A DNA stretch of 64,000 nt from Octopus bimaculoides (GCF_001194135.2 NC_068984.1:84062517-84126516); one strand, 5' to 3'; positions 12,803 to 24,738 are shown, counted from the first letter of the stretch. The notes: generated by a model from the letters alone, not told the origin. Numbers and translations are program-made.

Positions 12803-14105
12803 TTAGGTTGTCAAGGAAGTTCTTGCGGAATTTTTAATTTTGGTTTTAAATGATGTATTTTCAAATTAATTTTCGTTAAATTACTTTATATATCATATAA
12901 ATTATTTTATATATCATTTTAAAGCCCATTTTTTCGCTCTATCTAATCGTGTTACTCTTTTTCTTTTTGAATAATTAGGCCATTTTTTTTCCGGAATGTT
13001 GAATACAACATGGACAAAAGGCAAATTTGCACAATTTTCTTATTCCAGTTCAAGCTAGGCTGAAAAGCTGCTGAAACAGATTGTGATATCAACAATGCAT
13101 TTGGCCCAGGAACTACTAATGAACGTACAGCACAATGATGGTTCAAGAAATTTCGTAGCGGTGAGTCTTGAAGATGATAAGTGTAGTGGTCGGCGATTGG
13201 ATGTTGACAACGATCAAATTAGAACCTTAGTGAAAGCCAATCCATGCACAACTGTTCGAGAGCTTGCTTCTGAATTAGATGTAACGTATAAGACAATTTC
13301 TAACCACTTGAAAGAGATTGGAAAAACAAAAATACTTGAGAAATGGGTGCTGCATGAATTGAGCGACAACCCCCCCCCNNNNNNNNNNCCCGCCATTTTG
13401 AAGTGTCGTCTTCCTTTCTTTTACACAACAAGAATGACCTGTTTCTCAACTGGATTGTGACTTGCGATGAAAAGTGGATTCTTTATGACAATCGGTGATG
13501 CTCAGCTCAGTGGTTAGATGCCGACTAAGCTCCACGGCACTTCTCGAAGCCAAAGTTGCACCAAAAGAAGGTCATGGTGACTGTTTTGTGGTTTGCAGCC
13601 AGTCTCATCCATCACAGATTTTTGGATCCAGGCAAAACCATTATGGCGGAGATGTACTGACAGCAAATGGATGAAATGTATAAGAAACTCCGACAACAAT
13701 AGCCAGCATTAGTCAATAGAAAAGGACCAATTCTTCTCCATGACAACGCTTGGCCGCACAACTGACCCTGCAAAAGTAGAAAGAATTGGGCTACGAAACT
13801 CCGCTTCATCTGCCATACTCACCAGACCTCGCGCCTACCAACTACCACTTTTTCAAGCATCTCGACAACTTCCTGTGTGAGAAATGATGAAAAAACCAAG
13901 ACGATGCCAAACACGCCGTCAACGACTTCATCACCACCAGAATACAGGATTTTTATGTTACTGGCATAAATAAACTTGTTTCACATTGGCAAAAGTGTAT
14001 TGATTCTGATGGTGTTTATTTCGATTAATAAAGTTTTGTTTGAGTCAAGATATGTGCATCTGAATTTAAAGGTTAAAAACCGCAAGAACTTTCTTGACAA
14101 CCTAA
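12803..14105 (+). mobile_element. Full-length Hsmar1-like mariner (cecropia subfamily), inactive
   Basis: TIRs TTAGGTTGTCAAG(G/A)AAGTTCTTGCGG at both ends, TA target duplication at 12801-12802 and 14106-14107. Confidence 0.96.
13010..14028 (+). pseudogene. Mariner transposase pseudogene
   Basis: MDKRQICTIFLFQFKLG...WVLHEL...IVTCDEKWILYDN...KPKLHQKKVMVTV...LLHDNAWPH...YSPDLAPTNYHFFKHLDNF...WQKCIDSDGVYFD*; many stops and frameshifts. Confidence 0.95.
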
Positions 14106-14683
14106 TAATAGAAGATTGTTGCTTAACTTACTGCACACTGGGATCAAATCAAGAATCACGTTTACAGAGTGAACTTTTTAATCCTGCAACTATGGCTGTA
14201 CCTGTCCTTTAAAAGTAAGGTAAAGTTACCTTCTCGAGTCATGTGACTATTAAAAGGGCTGGTCTCCATGGTGTATAAATTCCCTACCTGGATGGGACAC
14301 CAGTCCATTGCAAGATTACTCATTTTTGCCAGCTGAGTAGACTGGAACAATGTGAAATGATGTGTTTTGCTCAAAAACACATCACCTGGTCCAGGAATTG
14401 AAACAACAATCTTATGATCATGAGTCCAACACTTTAACAACCATGTGCCTTTCCTTTGCCTGCCACCTTTACGTTTGGAAAAGTAATGTTACACATCAAC
14501 CATTGAGGATGATACCTTCTGATAAAAGGAGCAACCTAATCTCTAATCTATTTTTGAATTTCATCAACCCTAAAGTTCCCATAACAATCTTACATTTTTA
14601 AGTCTTTAACTACAATAAAATTTTTTACTCATTGCAATGGTTAGATTTTACTAGAGGGTCTCAGTTTTATCCATACTCTTTAA

Positions 14684-14903
14684 TCCTTTAGCATTTAAAC
14701 CAGCCATATCTCGTCTAAATATTCTACTTGTTTTATGTTCAAACTGGCCTCTCACACCTAAAAATAAGCCTTTCTCATTCTAAAAACAAGCAATAAGATC
14801 GTCAAAATCTCAAAGCTTCAAGATAATGCATAACTGATTCAAAACAATGTGAATAAATAAGCATTACGTCTGCTAGAGTAACCCAATACTAAATACTAAA
14901 GGG
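14684..14903 (-). mobile_element. piggyBac-type MITE
   Basis: TTAA on both sides (14680-14683, 14904-14907); TIRs (T/C)CCTTTAG(C/T)ATTTA. Confidence 0.85.
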
Positions 14904-17036
14904 TTAAATAACTGCTATCATACCATTTGTTTGTCATTTTTCACTGAGATGTAGGGTTATGACACCAATCCAGGAAACTTTTCTTTATAATTTCTTCCAG
15001 CATAAATTTTTATCATTTTAAAAAGATATTTTAATATTTCTCAGTTTCATAAACACATTAATGACAGAGGTAAATTACATCTTTGAGATACCTATGCTTT
15101 CAATGATATAATGAAATTAACTATAAAGGAAAATTAATTCATAATGAAATACAAAAAAACAAAAAACAAAAACAAAACAAAACAATAAAAAGCAACAAAA
15201 CAATCTCAGAGTAGACAACATTAATCAATCCATCCTGTGCATCATATAACTGTTCTCTTTCAGTGTTCCTGATAGGTTGAAGATTTGATGTTTTCCCTTT
15301 CATCACCATATCTCAACACTCACATACCTAGAACAGTCAGTACTTAAAAGCAGTGCTTGAACATGGTCCTGTAGATAAAGCACATAGGACTTAGAAGAAG
15401 GCTGGTCCCTAGACATGGTATCACACAGGCCCATCAATGCGTGGATATACCTTCAATATATATAACCCTTGCCTAAGGGTTAAAGAGGCCCTGTACCTCA
15501 AAAGCAAGCTTGAGAAAACAGGCTGCTAGCAGAGGAAAGTGTAGATAAGACAGCAGATGACAATGGGGAATGACAGCCATATCTTTTCCAAGAAAAATCA
15601 TGAATCTCCAGACTTTGACTTGAAGTCTGGCAGTTGTCCATGTCAGTTAGTCTGCTTTCTCCAATTCATTGGAGTTTATCCAAAGAAAGGGCCATCAACT
15701 TGGGCCAGTACCTAGCATTACTGTCATTGTAGGCATTGCTGTCAGAATGCAAAGAACTGGAAGAGATAATGCGAGGTATCTTGCCTACTCCCAATAGTTC
15801 TGTCCAGGATTGGTACATCTTTATTGACCCAAAATGATGAGAGGCAAGGTTGAACATGGCAAGATTTGAACTGCAGTGAGTTGGAACAAATAATGTTCTA
15901 ACTTCTCTTCCAATTTACCAGGGAATTATATTTTACATATAATTACGTCTGTGAGAGATGATAAATTTAGTAGAGTATTGGATAAAATAAGCTTGTGATA
16001 TTGGGTTATGTCCCTTTATGTTCAGCGTTAATCTTGCTCAAGTTAACTTTACCTGACATCATTCGATCCCTCTGAAAGCAGGGACCCAGTAAGAACACGA
16101 TCCAATCACTGAAATCTATAAAAGAATATAGTTGAGGACATTTGGTTTAACATGGATTCATTGAGAATCTTTGATATGGCTGGTCATATTCATTGGCTGT
16201 GATTGAGAGCAAACTGTTACGTTTGTGAAGCAGAGCAAAGTGTAATAGAAGTGAACCAAATAAAGACAATTCAAATATTAAAAAGCAAGCAAACATTTAA
16301 ATATTTAAATTTCAGCTGTTTGAAGCTGCTTTTTAATTATGGAAACACTGATTTACAATGAAAACAGAAAATGACTGAAATTGTTAGGACAACTTTTAGG
16401 CACATCTAAGAGAAAAACATTTTATCTCTTTGTTAGTGAAGTTTGAAACCATTCCAGTTACCAGACAATTAACAGAAATGAAAATATCTTCAGATGAATA
16501 TATAAAAGATGTTTGAAATATATTTAACAAATCTTTGTATTTTACAGTGATACCAGGTGTTCTTACCTGACCAATTTACATTTAATATGAAGAAAAAAAA
16601 AAAAAAGAAAAAAAAAAAGTGGCATTCAACATGGACTTTATTTTCAGAAAAGCATAAAAGACATTCTGAGATGAAAAACAACGGTTCATATGTAACTTGG
16701 AAAGCCTAAGAGATAGTCTTGCAACTTCACCACATGAGAAATATTTCTACTTCGTTGTCAAACAAGTTGGCACCAGCATGGCCGTCACTGTTGCTAATAT
16801 GGCTTTCATTCTTCATTGTTTTAGCACATTCTGATGCTGCCAAAGCTGTCTACATCCATCTCTGTTCACACATTCTAAACTTCCCTTCACTACATCTAGG
16901 AGACAGCTTATATAATCTCCATAAAGAAATAAGCCTTCCTTTACTATATTAGTGTAGGAAGCAACAATGTAGAAGTTTACATATTAGCCTACAGTTTGCA
17001 ATGTTCAGCTTCTTTGATGATGAAAAGCATCATAAC

Positions 17037-17665
17037 TGTTATATGTTCATATATGTGTATGTGTATAGTATAGTAGTATAGTGGTACTCCATCGCTTACG
17101 ACGTCGAGGGTTCCAGTTGATCCGATCAACGGAACAGCCTGCTCGTGAAATTAATGTGCAAGTGGCTAAGCACTCCACAGACACGTATACCCTTAACGTA
17201 GTTTTCAGGGATATTCAGCGTGACAAGGCTGACCCTTTGAATTACAGGCACAACAAAAACAGGAAGTAAGAGTGAGAGAAAGTTGTGGTGAAAGAGTACA
17301 GAAGGGTTCGCCACAATCCCTTGCCAGAGCCTCATGGAGCTTTAGGTGTTTTCGCTCAATAAACACTCACAACGCCTGGTCTGGGAATCGAAACCGCGAT
17401 TCTATGACCGCGAGTCCGCTGCCCTAACCACTGGGCCATTGCGCCTCCACGTATATGTATACATATATATAAATATATCCCCATGATTAGCACTATTTTG
17501 TTATGCGCATTTAGCAGACAGTATGAACTGTGATTAAAGCGAATACACATGTATCACTCAGCTATATACATATATAAACATGCTAAATAAATAAACGCAG
17601 TCAAATCATTAACGCCTCCAATGAGTTGTTTTGTTGTCCCAACACAAAACAAAGAAGATATAACA
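17037..17665 (+). repeat. 5' LTR of outer Gypsy (interrupted by a SINE at 17068-17450)
   Basis: Starts TGTTATATGTTCATATATG and ends GAAGATATAACA; collinear with 22524-22745 once the SINE is removed. Confidence 0.88.
17068..17450 (-). mobile_element. Young tRNA-headed SINE (family D) inserted in the 5' LTR
   Basis: Minus strand: GGAGGCGCAA, A box TGGCCCAGTGG, B box GTTTCGATTCC; short TACTA-like tail; 11-bp TSD with 1 mismatch (17057-17067 and 17451-17461). Confidence 0.88.
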
Positions 17666-17676
17666 TGGTGGCAGTG
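17666..17676 (+). promoter_or_regulatory. Primer-binding site (tRNA-Leu-like)
   Basis: TGGTGGCAGTG directly after the LTR-terminal CA; complementary to a tRNA-Leu 3' end (...CGCTGCCACCA) with one mismatch. Confidence 0.75.
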
Positions 17677-17779
17677 ATAAGTACTTAATTGAAAACTGTG
17701 CCATTACAACAAAACAGGAACACAAGCCTGAACGTAAACTAATTATCGCTTTGTCTTCAGACACACACAAAAATCCCAA

Positions 17780-19624
17780 ATGGCAGCCCCTGTTGCCATA
17801 CAGATGAATTTACATCGAATTGCAGTAATCCAGACACACTCTTAGAAAAATTTGAAAGACACTTAGAGCCCAAATCAAACCACAGAATTCATAGGTATGG
17901 ATTCCAGTGCCTGAAACAAGACCTACAAGAAACAAGTGGCAACTTCCTGTCCAGACTAAAGAATGTTGCCAAGAAATGCAGATTCAAAGACAAGGACGAA
18001 AGGATTGTTGATCAACTCATATTGGGGTGTGCTCACTAAGAAGTCCAAATCCCTCATAGGTAAGGACGCTCTCCAGTTGATAGAAGCAGTAGACACTGCA
18101 AGAGCATTCGAAGTCACTACCAAACAAATGGCCTCACTTACTTTACAAACAAACGCAATAGGCAGCAGTGTAGATATTGTATCTAGACATAGGACGAAAC
18201 ACACCCACAAACAGAGAACATGCCAGTACTGTGGTACAGAGTATGAATGCAATGACCGGAGGAAATGTCCTGCATTCAGTACACACTGCAAAGCATCTAG
18301 AAAGCCCAACCAATGGAAAAAAATGCGTAGATTAACAAAATCTCACAAATACAAGCTTCAACTTTCAAAGAGGTGCGGGAAGAGAAGACAAAGAGATATA
18401 CATGTCCAACATCTGGAAGAAACACCTCATAGGAGGAATTCTTGGCAGTCGGTACAATAAATGTACATGAGATGGGAAATGACAACCAGAAAAAAAATGA
18501 GGCATATACAACAATAAAAATTCAAAAGAAGTCAGGCAAGAAACGAATAAACATTGACTTAAAGCTAAAGATTGACAGTGGAGCCCAGAGTGATATCTTA
18601 CCTGTCAACTTCTACAAAAAGATGTTCCCAGAACACATGATACAAGAGGATAAAGTCAAAGAAGGAATCCTCACACCAAATGATGTAGTCCTGACTGTAT
18701 ATGGAGGTACCCAGATTCCACAACTGGGCAAAACAACCATTACAAGGACACACAAAAGAAAAAAAATCAAGTGTTTTTTTATGCCACAAGAACAGAAGGA
18801 CCTGCAATTCTCAGATTTAATACCTGCCAAAAGCTCATCATTGTGTCAATCAACAGTGAATTGAAGACAGCCCCAAGCAGGATTGACAGAGATATGCCTA
18901 TTGAAGACTGACTGCCAATTAAAAATAAAGATGAACTAATGAGCATGTACCCAGAATGTTTTGAAGATACAGTTGGTGTTTTGAGAAGTACCAGTACCAT
19001 GTAACAGTCAAACCCATCTCGCCATGTTCCACTGGAATTAAGAAAGAAGTTAAAAGCAGAGTTGGACAAAATGGAAAAAAAAAAACAAATAATCATCAAA
19101 GTGACACAACCAACTGACTGGGTGGACTCAATTGTAATTAAGGAAAAACCTAATGGTACCCTACGAATATGCCTTGACCCCGGGGATCTGAACAACCCAT
19201 TAAAACGAGACTACTATCCAATTCCAACCCTTGAAATCTCACCATCATTAGCTGGATCTAAGATATTCAGCAAATTGGATGCCAGAAACGGGTACTGGAA
19301 TATAAAGACAGATCAAGAATCATCCCTGCTTGGATCTAAGATATTCCGCAAATTGAATGCCAGAAATGGGTATTGGAATATAAAGATAGGTCAAGAATCA
19401 TCCATGCTCACTACCTTCAACACACCATTTGGCAGATACAGATTCAACCAGCTCCCATTTGGGTTAAAGGTGAGCCAAGATGTCTTCCAACGCCAAGTAG
19501 ATGAGATCTGCCAAAGCTGCAAGGGAACTATCAAGATAGCAGACGATATCCAAGTGTATGGCAAGGATGAGGTCACACATAACTACAATCTACATGAAGC
19601 TGTAGAGAAAACACAAGTAAGTAT
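17780..19624 (+). pseudogene. Outer Gypsy gag-protease-RT (partial), disrupted
   Basis: LEKFERHLEPKSNHRIHRY...CQYCG; IDSGAQSDILP; WVDSIVIKEKPNGTLRICLDP...FSKLDARNGYW...TPFGRYRFNQLPFGL...IADDIQVYG. Breaks off at the inner LTR. Confidence 0.92.
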
Positions 19625-19890
19625 TGTTATATGGACTGTTATATTTGTTAGTTGTTCGCCTGAAGTCCAATGTTTCAATGTTGTTCTTCTGAGGTCCCTG
19701 TTTCATTGTTGTTTTGAATGACTGTGGAAGTTGAATGTTATTGATATATATGGCGAGGACAAAATTCTTGTTTCTTAATAACGAACATTTGGTGAGTGCG
19801 TTCTTTGTTTATAATTAATAAATAAATGTAATAACTAAGTTGTACAACTCGTTGTCTTTTCTCTGCGAGTCCCCCGAGAGGAATACAACA
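19625..19890 (+). repeat. 5' LTR of nested element (266 bp)
   Basis: Begins TGTTATATGG where RT homology stops, has AATAAA near 19818, ends GAATACAACA. Confidence 0.8.
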
Positions 19891-19898
19891 AAGTTTAT

Positions 19899-19917
19899 TG
19901 GCGTCGCCGATAGGATT
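19899..19917 (+). promoter_or_regulatory. Primer-binding site (tRNA-Ser-like)
   Basis: TGGCGTCGCCGATAGGATT fits the TGGCG-N7-YAGGATT pattern of tRNA-Ser 3' ends. Confidence 0.75.
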
Positions 19918-19956
19918 ACATGCATACTTTGCCGTAAAACTGTTCATCTTAATAAC

Positions 19957-21420
19957 ATGGCTGAAAAACAGACAGTAGAGCTGATAAAGTTGTTTAGGGA
20001 ACAAATGGAACAGCAAATGCAACAACATAAGAGAGATATGGACACTGTTAAAACTGTTTGGTGCTCGACAATTTGAAGGCAATTCCAGTGGCTATTTTTC
20101 AGCTGCTTTGACAAGTGTCGATTCCACCATTTGCTGCATTTGATTCAACGACAGAACTATGGCCTGATTACTGGTCAAGATTCCGCACGTTTGTGGCTGC
20201 TAATGCTGTACCTGAACAACGCATGGCACAAGTGTTCCTGACCAATCAGACCGCTACTATTTACAAGCAACTTGCTAATCTGGCTACTCAACAAAATCCG
20301 CCTAAAGATATCAACAACTTGACAATGGACGAAATTGTTGACTTCATGAAGGAACAGTTCGACCCAAAACTCTTCATTGTGAGAGAGTGTTTCAAGTTTT
20401 GGAGTGATATGCAACGGAAGCCAGGTGAAACTCTCCAGGAGCTGGCAGCACGTATACGTCAGGATGCGGCTACCTGTGATTTTCCATCGATCACCGACCC
20501 ACAGGATGAAGCTCTGAGACAGAGATTCATATATTCGGTCAACAATGAAGCGGTTTTGAAGGCGCTTTTTAAGATCAAAGACACAGAACTAGATTTTGCC
20601 CATGCTGTCCAAGTTGCCATCGAGACTGAAGATGCAGCAAAAGTTGCAAAAGAAACTGTCTACGGTTCCAAATCCAAGCAAGTCTACAAGGTCCAACAGA
20701 ACAAGAATAAGAGTCCTCAAAAGAACCATCAGCAGTCTTATTCCACAAACCAGGAGAAATGCTACTGATGTGGAAAGGCCCACAAAGTGACAGACTGTCC
20801 TTTCAAAGAATCCAAATGTCATTTTTGTGACAAAAAGGGACATTTGCAAGCGGTGTGTAGAAAAAAACATCAGCAACGCAATGGCCGCTCACAAACTCCA
20901 GTGAAAAGAATCACAAAAGCTGAGCTAGTCAAGGCGATCCTAGGTGAAGTTTCCCAAGATACACAGAGTTTGATTGTGCCAATAACAATCCAGAACAGAC
21001 TGTTCACAATGTAATTGGACACTGCCACTACAGGCAATTTTGTTTCCTTGTCAGTCTGGAAACAACTAGGAAAACCAAAGCTGCAAGATGTCAAGCATCG
21101 CTATGAATCTGCCAGCAAGCACNNNNNNNNNNAACTAGGAAAACCAAAGCTGCAAGATGTCAAGCATCGCTATGAATCTGCCAGCAAGCACGACCTGCCT
21201 GTTCTGGGAACTTTCATGGGCCAAACCAAGGATCCAACAATCGGTAAGCAGAATCTAATACCATACATTGTCACCAAGATCTCTGATCTTAATTTGCTGG
21301 GTCGAAATGCTATCCAGACTCTGGGAATTTCTGTGGACACTGCTCTAGGTTTGAAAAGCATAGACAGCCAAGCCAAGAGGGAAGGTGCTGAAGTGATATA
21401 TCCAAAGAACTCAAGTGAGC
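19957..21420 (+). pseudogene. Nested element gag-protease
   Basis: IPPFAAFDSTTELWPDYWSRF...RKPGETLQELAARIRQDAATCDF...CY*CGKAHKVTDC...CHFCDKKGHLQAVC...M*LDTATTGNFV; one early frameshift and two in-frame stops (20766, 21012). Confidence 0.9.
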
Positions 21421-21439
21421 CCTATGTTTCCCTGAATAC

Positions 21440-22300
21440 TGGGACATCCATGATGACATATCAGTAGAGAATGGAGTCCTGATGGTTGGATCCTAAATAA
21501 TTATATCCAGATCAATGAAAAAAGCGATCCTTGACAAGATCCACCAAGGGCAGCTGGGAATAGAGAAATGCAAACTCAGAGCCAAGTCAGCTGTATACTG
21601 GTAGGTATGTACAAAGACATAGAAAAGATGGTTTCTAAATGCCATGTCTGTCAAAAGTACAGTAACTCACAACAAAAAGAGGAAATGATATCCAGTGACA
21701 TTCCAAGAAGGCCACTGACGAAATCTGTTCACAGAGAACCAAGAATGGTATTTGATTATAGTCTGCTACTACTCTAAATTCCCATTTGTGAAAAAGGTGA
21801 TTGACTTGAAAGCCAAAACAATAACTTCAGTGGCTCAAGGACTGCTAGCAGAGCAAGGAATACCTGAGCAGGTGATATGTGACAATGGCACCTAATTCAC
21901 ATCTCAGGAATTAAAAAAACTAGCCAATGAGTACGAGTTCAACATCATAACCTCATCACCACACTACCCCAAAGGTCATGGATTCATAGAAAGACAGATG
22001 CAGACAGTCAGGAAAACACTAATCAAATGCGGTGAAACTAAGGAAGATCCACACCTGGCACTTCTGTCCTTATGAGCAACATCCCTGAGGGCTGACATGA
22101 AGTCCCCAGAAGAAATGCTGAATGGCAGGAAATACAAAACCACCCTGTTAACAAAGATCCAACCTCCTATTGACCAGGAAGAGACAAGGGTAAAGCTGGC
22201 ATCCACTCAAGAGCAAGATAGAAATATTATAACAAACATGCACAACTCGAGATACTTGGACGACAACATGTGCATACTCAAGATCCTCTAACCAAAATAT
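21440..22300 (+). pseudogene. Integrase, assigned to the outer element
   Basis: YWDIHDDISVENG...IHQGQLGIEKCKLRAKSAVYW...CHVCQKY...YYSKFPFV...QVICDNG...SSPHYPKGHGFIER; runs on into the outer PPT and LTR. Confidence 0.88.
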
Positions 22301-22512
22301 GAATCCCAGTACAAGTCATCAGTGGAGCTGAAACCCCAAGATCATGCATAAAGGACACTGACTTTGATAGGCAGCTGAGATGAAACAGAGCCCACATCTG
22401 CCCAACACCAAAGCTGCACATCTCAGACATCAGCACAGAGCACAACAAAGTCTACTAGATGGAGACCCAATATCTTACCACCAATTCAATACAGCTAAAA
22501 ATCTTTTTTTTT

Positions 22513-22523
22513 AGAAGAAGGGA
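22513..22523 (+). promoter_or_regulatory. Polypurine tract
   Basis: AGAAGAAGGGA directly before the TGTTACA start of the 3' LTR. Confidence 0.8.
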
Positions 22524-22745
22524 TGTTACATGTTCATATATGTGTGTATGTGTGTGTATATATATATCTATGATTAGCACTATTTTGTTATGCGCATTTA
22601 GTAGACAGTATGAACTGTGAATAAAGCAAATGTGCACGTGTATCACTCTGCTATATATAAAAATATGCTAAGTAAATAAACATGGTCAAATCATATCAAC
22701 ACCTCCAATGAGTTTTATTGTCCTAATACAAAACAAAGAAGAATG
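22524..22745 (+). repeat. 3' LTR of outer Gypsy
   Basis: TGTTACATGTTCATATATG...ATGATTAGCACTATTTTGTTATGCGCATTTAG...CAAAACAAAGAAGA; terminal bases degenerate. Confidence 0.88.
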
Positions 22746-24210
22746 AATGACCACCCTACATTTTCGCTCTGGCATAGTATACCCTGGACTACATTATCCA
22801 AAGTATCTTTTTTGTGAAATAAGGTGTGGTTTGAAGTAGATTTACCTACTATTTCTAGCTGGTCAAGTAACTATAAGAAATTCCTTTATTAGCTAATAGC
22901 AGAAGCATATAATGTACAGTATGCACTGCAGCTCTAAGCCTATGAAGGAATTTTGACACAGGTAGGGCTGATGGTGGTGGTGGTTGTCATAGTAGCAGCA
23001 CAAGCAACAGTACAGCTTCAAGAATAGCTTTTAAAAAGTAGAGAGCACAGGATTTAAGAAAATTTGAATTTTATTTTGAGACACTAATTTCCAATTACAA
23101 TTAAGGGAAGGATGCATATTTTCCCTTGGTCACCCTAACCAGAATACAAATTTAGATAATTTTTTTTATGGTGGCTCTAAGTAGATAGAGATATAAATAA
23201 TAGCATGTAAATACTATTGAGTTAGAAAACCCTTTGGATAGAAAAGTCAAAGGCTGTTCACGGAACTCTGTAAAGCTTCTATAAACCCAATATTTACATG
23301 TCATTATTTTTAACTTAATCTACTTTGAGTTCAAACATTAAAAACAAAATATTTTACGTTCTCTTAAAGTTTCTAAATTTTCATGACATAAAACAAATAT
23401 AGATATTCAATATTTGAGGAATGTTAATAGGGAAAGAATGAAAAGAACAGAAACAAACAAAACAATTAAACAAAAAAAATATTAATATTCTATATCAAGG
23501 TTGGCTTGTTCTATGAATTTAAACACACCCAGAGATGGAATAGCCAGTGTTACTGAGCTGTCATGCCAAACAAAGCAAAGACATCAGTTAAGTGTATTGG
23601 GGCAACCTTGTTTTTGGATATACTCCAAATTACTGGGGTAATCTCCATCATAGTACAATGTGAAGATTAGTGGACCTTTGTTATCCAGATACAATTTTTC
23701 AAAAGCTAAGAAATGGTCTTGGACAGAAAAAAAAGAGAAATTAATATACAAAAGAAGTAGTAATGTCTGTTAGAATTAGAGATCAAATAAGCTTGTCAGA
23801 AACTGTTATCAGAAAAAACAGCTGAATATCAGTAACAGAGGGAAGCTCAACAAGTTGCATCAACATTGTTATATTATCTGGTAGAAGACTGCCATATTGT
23901 TTTCTTCAGGTGTAACAAAATTCTGGTTAATAAAGACAATAATTCTGTGATGAAAGCTGAACCATTCTGGCTTTAGTTAATGTTTGGAACCAACATCCTC
24001 ATTATATATAACTGATATCATATGACTCCTCTCTGTACAGAAAAGTTGATTTTTTGAACTTTCCAGTTATATATTTATCTGTATGTTTGGATATTGAGCA
24101 GTGAGTTGATAGCAGTTACTTGGTACTGTTAAAAAATCTCCTGGTAGCAGTTTCACTGAGAATGTTGATGAAACTCAATTCTGATTCCAAGGCATGAATT
24201 ACTCAGTCTT

Positions 24211-24274
24211 TCATTCTTTGTATTCTAGAAATAACTTGAGGCGTCTTTGGGTTTCGAGACTAAGCCGGAAATCT
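24211..24274 (-). CDS. NDC1: NDC1 last coding exon (64 nt)
   Basis: Acceptor CTTTCTTTACAG; (L)DFRLSLETQRRLKLFLEYKE*, matching the NDC1 C-terminal motif (QKRLQQFLEFKE in human). Confidence 0.93.
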
Positions 24275-24442
24275 CTGTAAAGAAAGGAGGAAAATAATAA
24301 TAATTTCTAACTAAAACCAGAAATTTGGGGGTTGGGTATCTGAGTGAGAAAAGTTGATTTAATTGATCTAATACTTATGACAGGCACAGCTGGCTTCATC
24401 AGGATAAACTTTCATCTTAGAAAGTATAAGCATGCTCATACC

Positions 24443-24738
24443 TTGTTGGTGCTGTGCAAAAAAACACCCAGTCCACTCTGTAAAGTGGTTGGTTTGAGGA
24501 AGGGCATCCAGCCCTGAGAACTATGCCAAAACAGATCTTACTGGTGTTGGTGCCACATAAAAAGCACCCAGCACACTCCACTCTGTAAAGTGGTTGACAT
24601 TAGTAAGGGCATCCAGCTGTAAATAACCATGACAAAACAGACAGTGGAGCTTGGTGCAGTCCTCTGGCTTGTCAGCTCCTGCCAAACTGCCCAACCCATG
24701 CCAGTATGGAAGATGGACATTAAATGATGATGATGATT
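24443..24738 (+). mobile_element. RTE-tail repeat (family B), with a duplicated core
   Basis: Two AAAGTGGTTG...AAGGGCATCCAGC cores; ends GGACATTAAATGATGATG. Confidence 0.8.

Larger units (their letters stand above)
19625..21420 (+). mobile_element. Second, nested Gypsy (Mag-like) element: LTR-PBS-gag-protease, 3' half lost
   Basis: TG...CA LTR, tRNA-Ser PBS and a distinct gag family with two zinc knuckles; no second copy of this LTR in the window. 3' junction approximate (21360-21440). Confidence 0.88.
17037..22745 (+). mobile_element. Gypsy/Metaviridae (Mag-group-like) LTR retrotransposon, outer element, decayed
   Basis: Paired LTRs, PBS, PPT, and gag, protease (LKIDSGAQ), RT (IADDI) and integrase (CDNG...FIER) remnants in Gypsy order. 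TSD not identified. Confidence 0.93.

Noticed and set aside
17370-17450. tRNA-like sequence with A and B boxes (also at 44104 and 48797)
   Set aside because: These are SINE heads continuing into SINE bodies with tails or TSDs, not tRNA genes.
21064-21191. Exact 59-bp duplication in the nested protease region (LGKPKLQDVKHRYESASKH twice)
   Set aside because: Identical copies flank a 10-N gap; assembly artefact.
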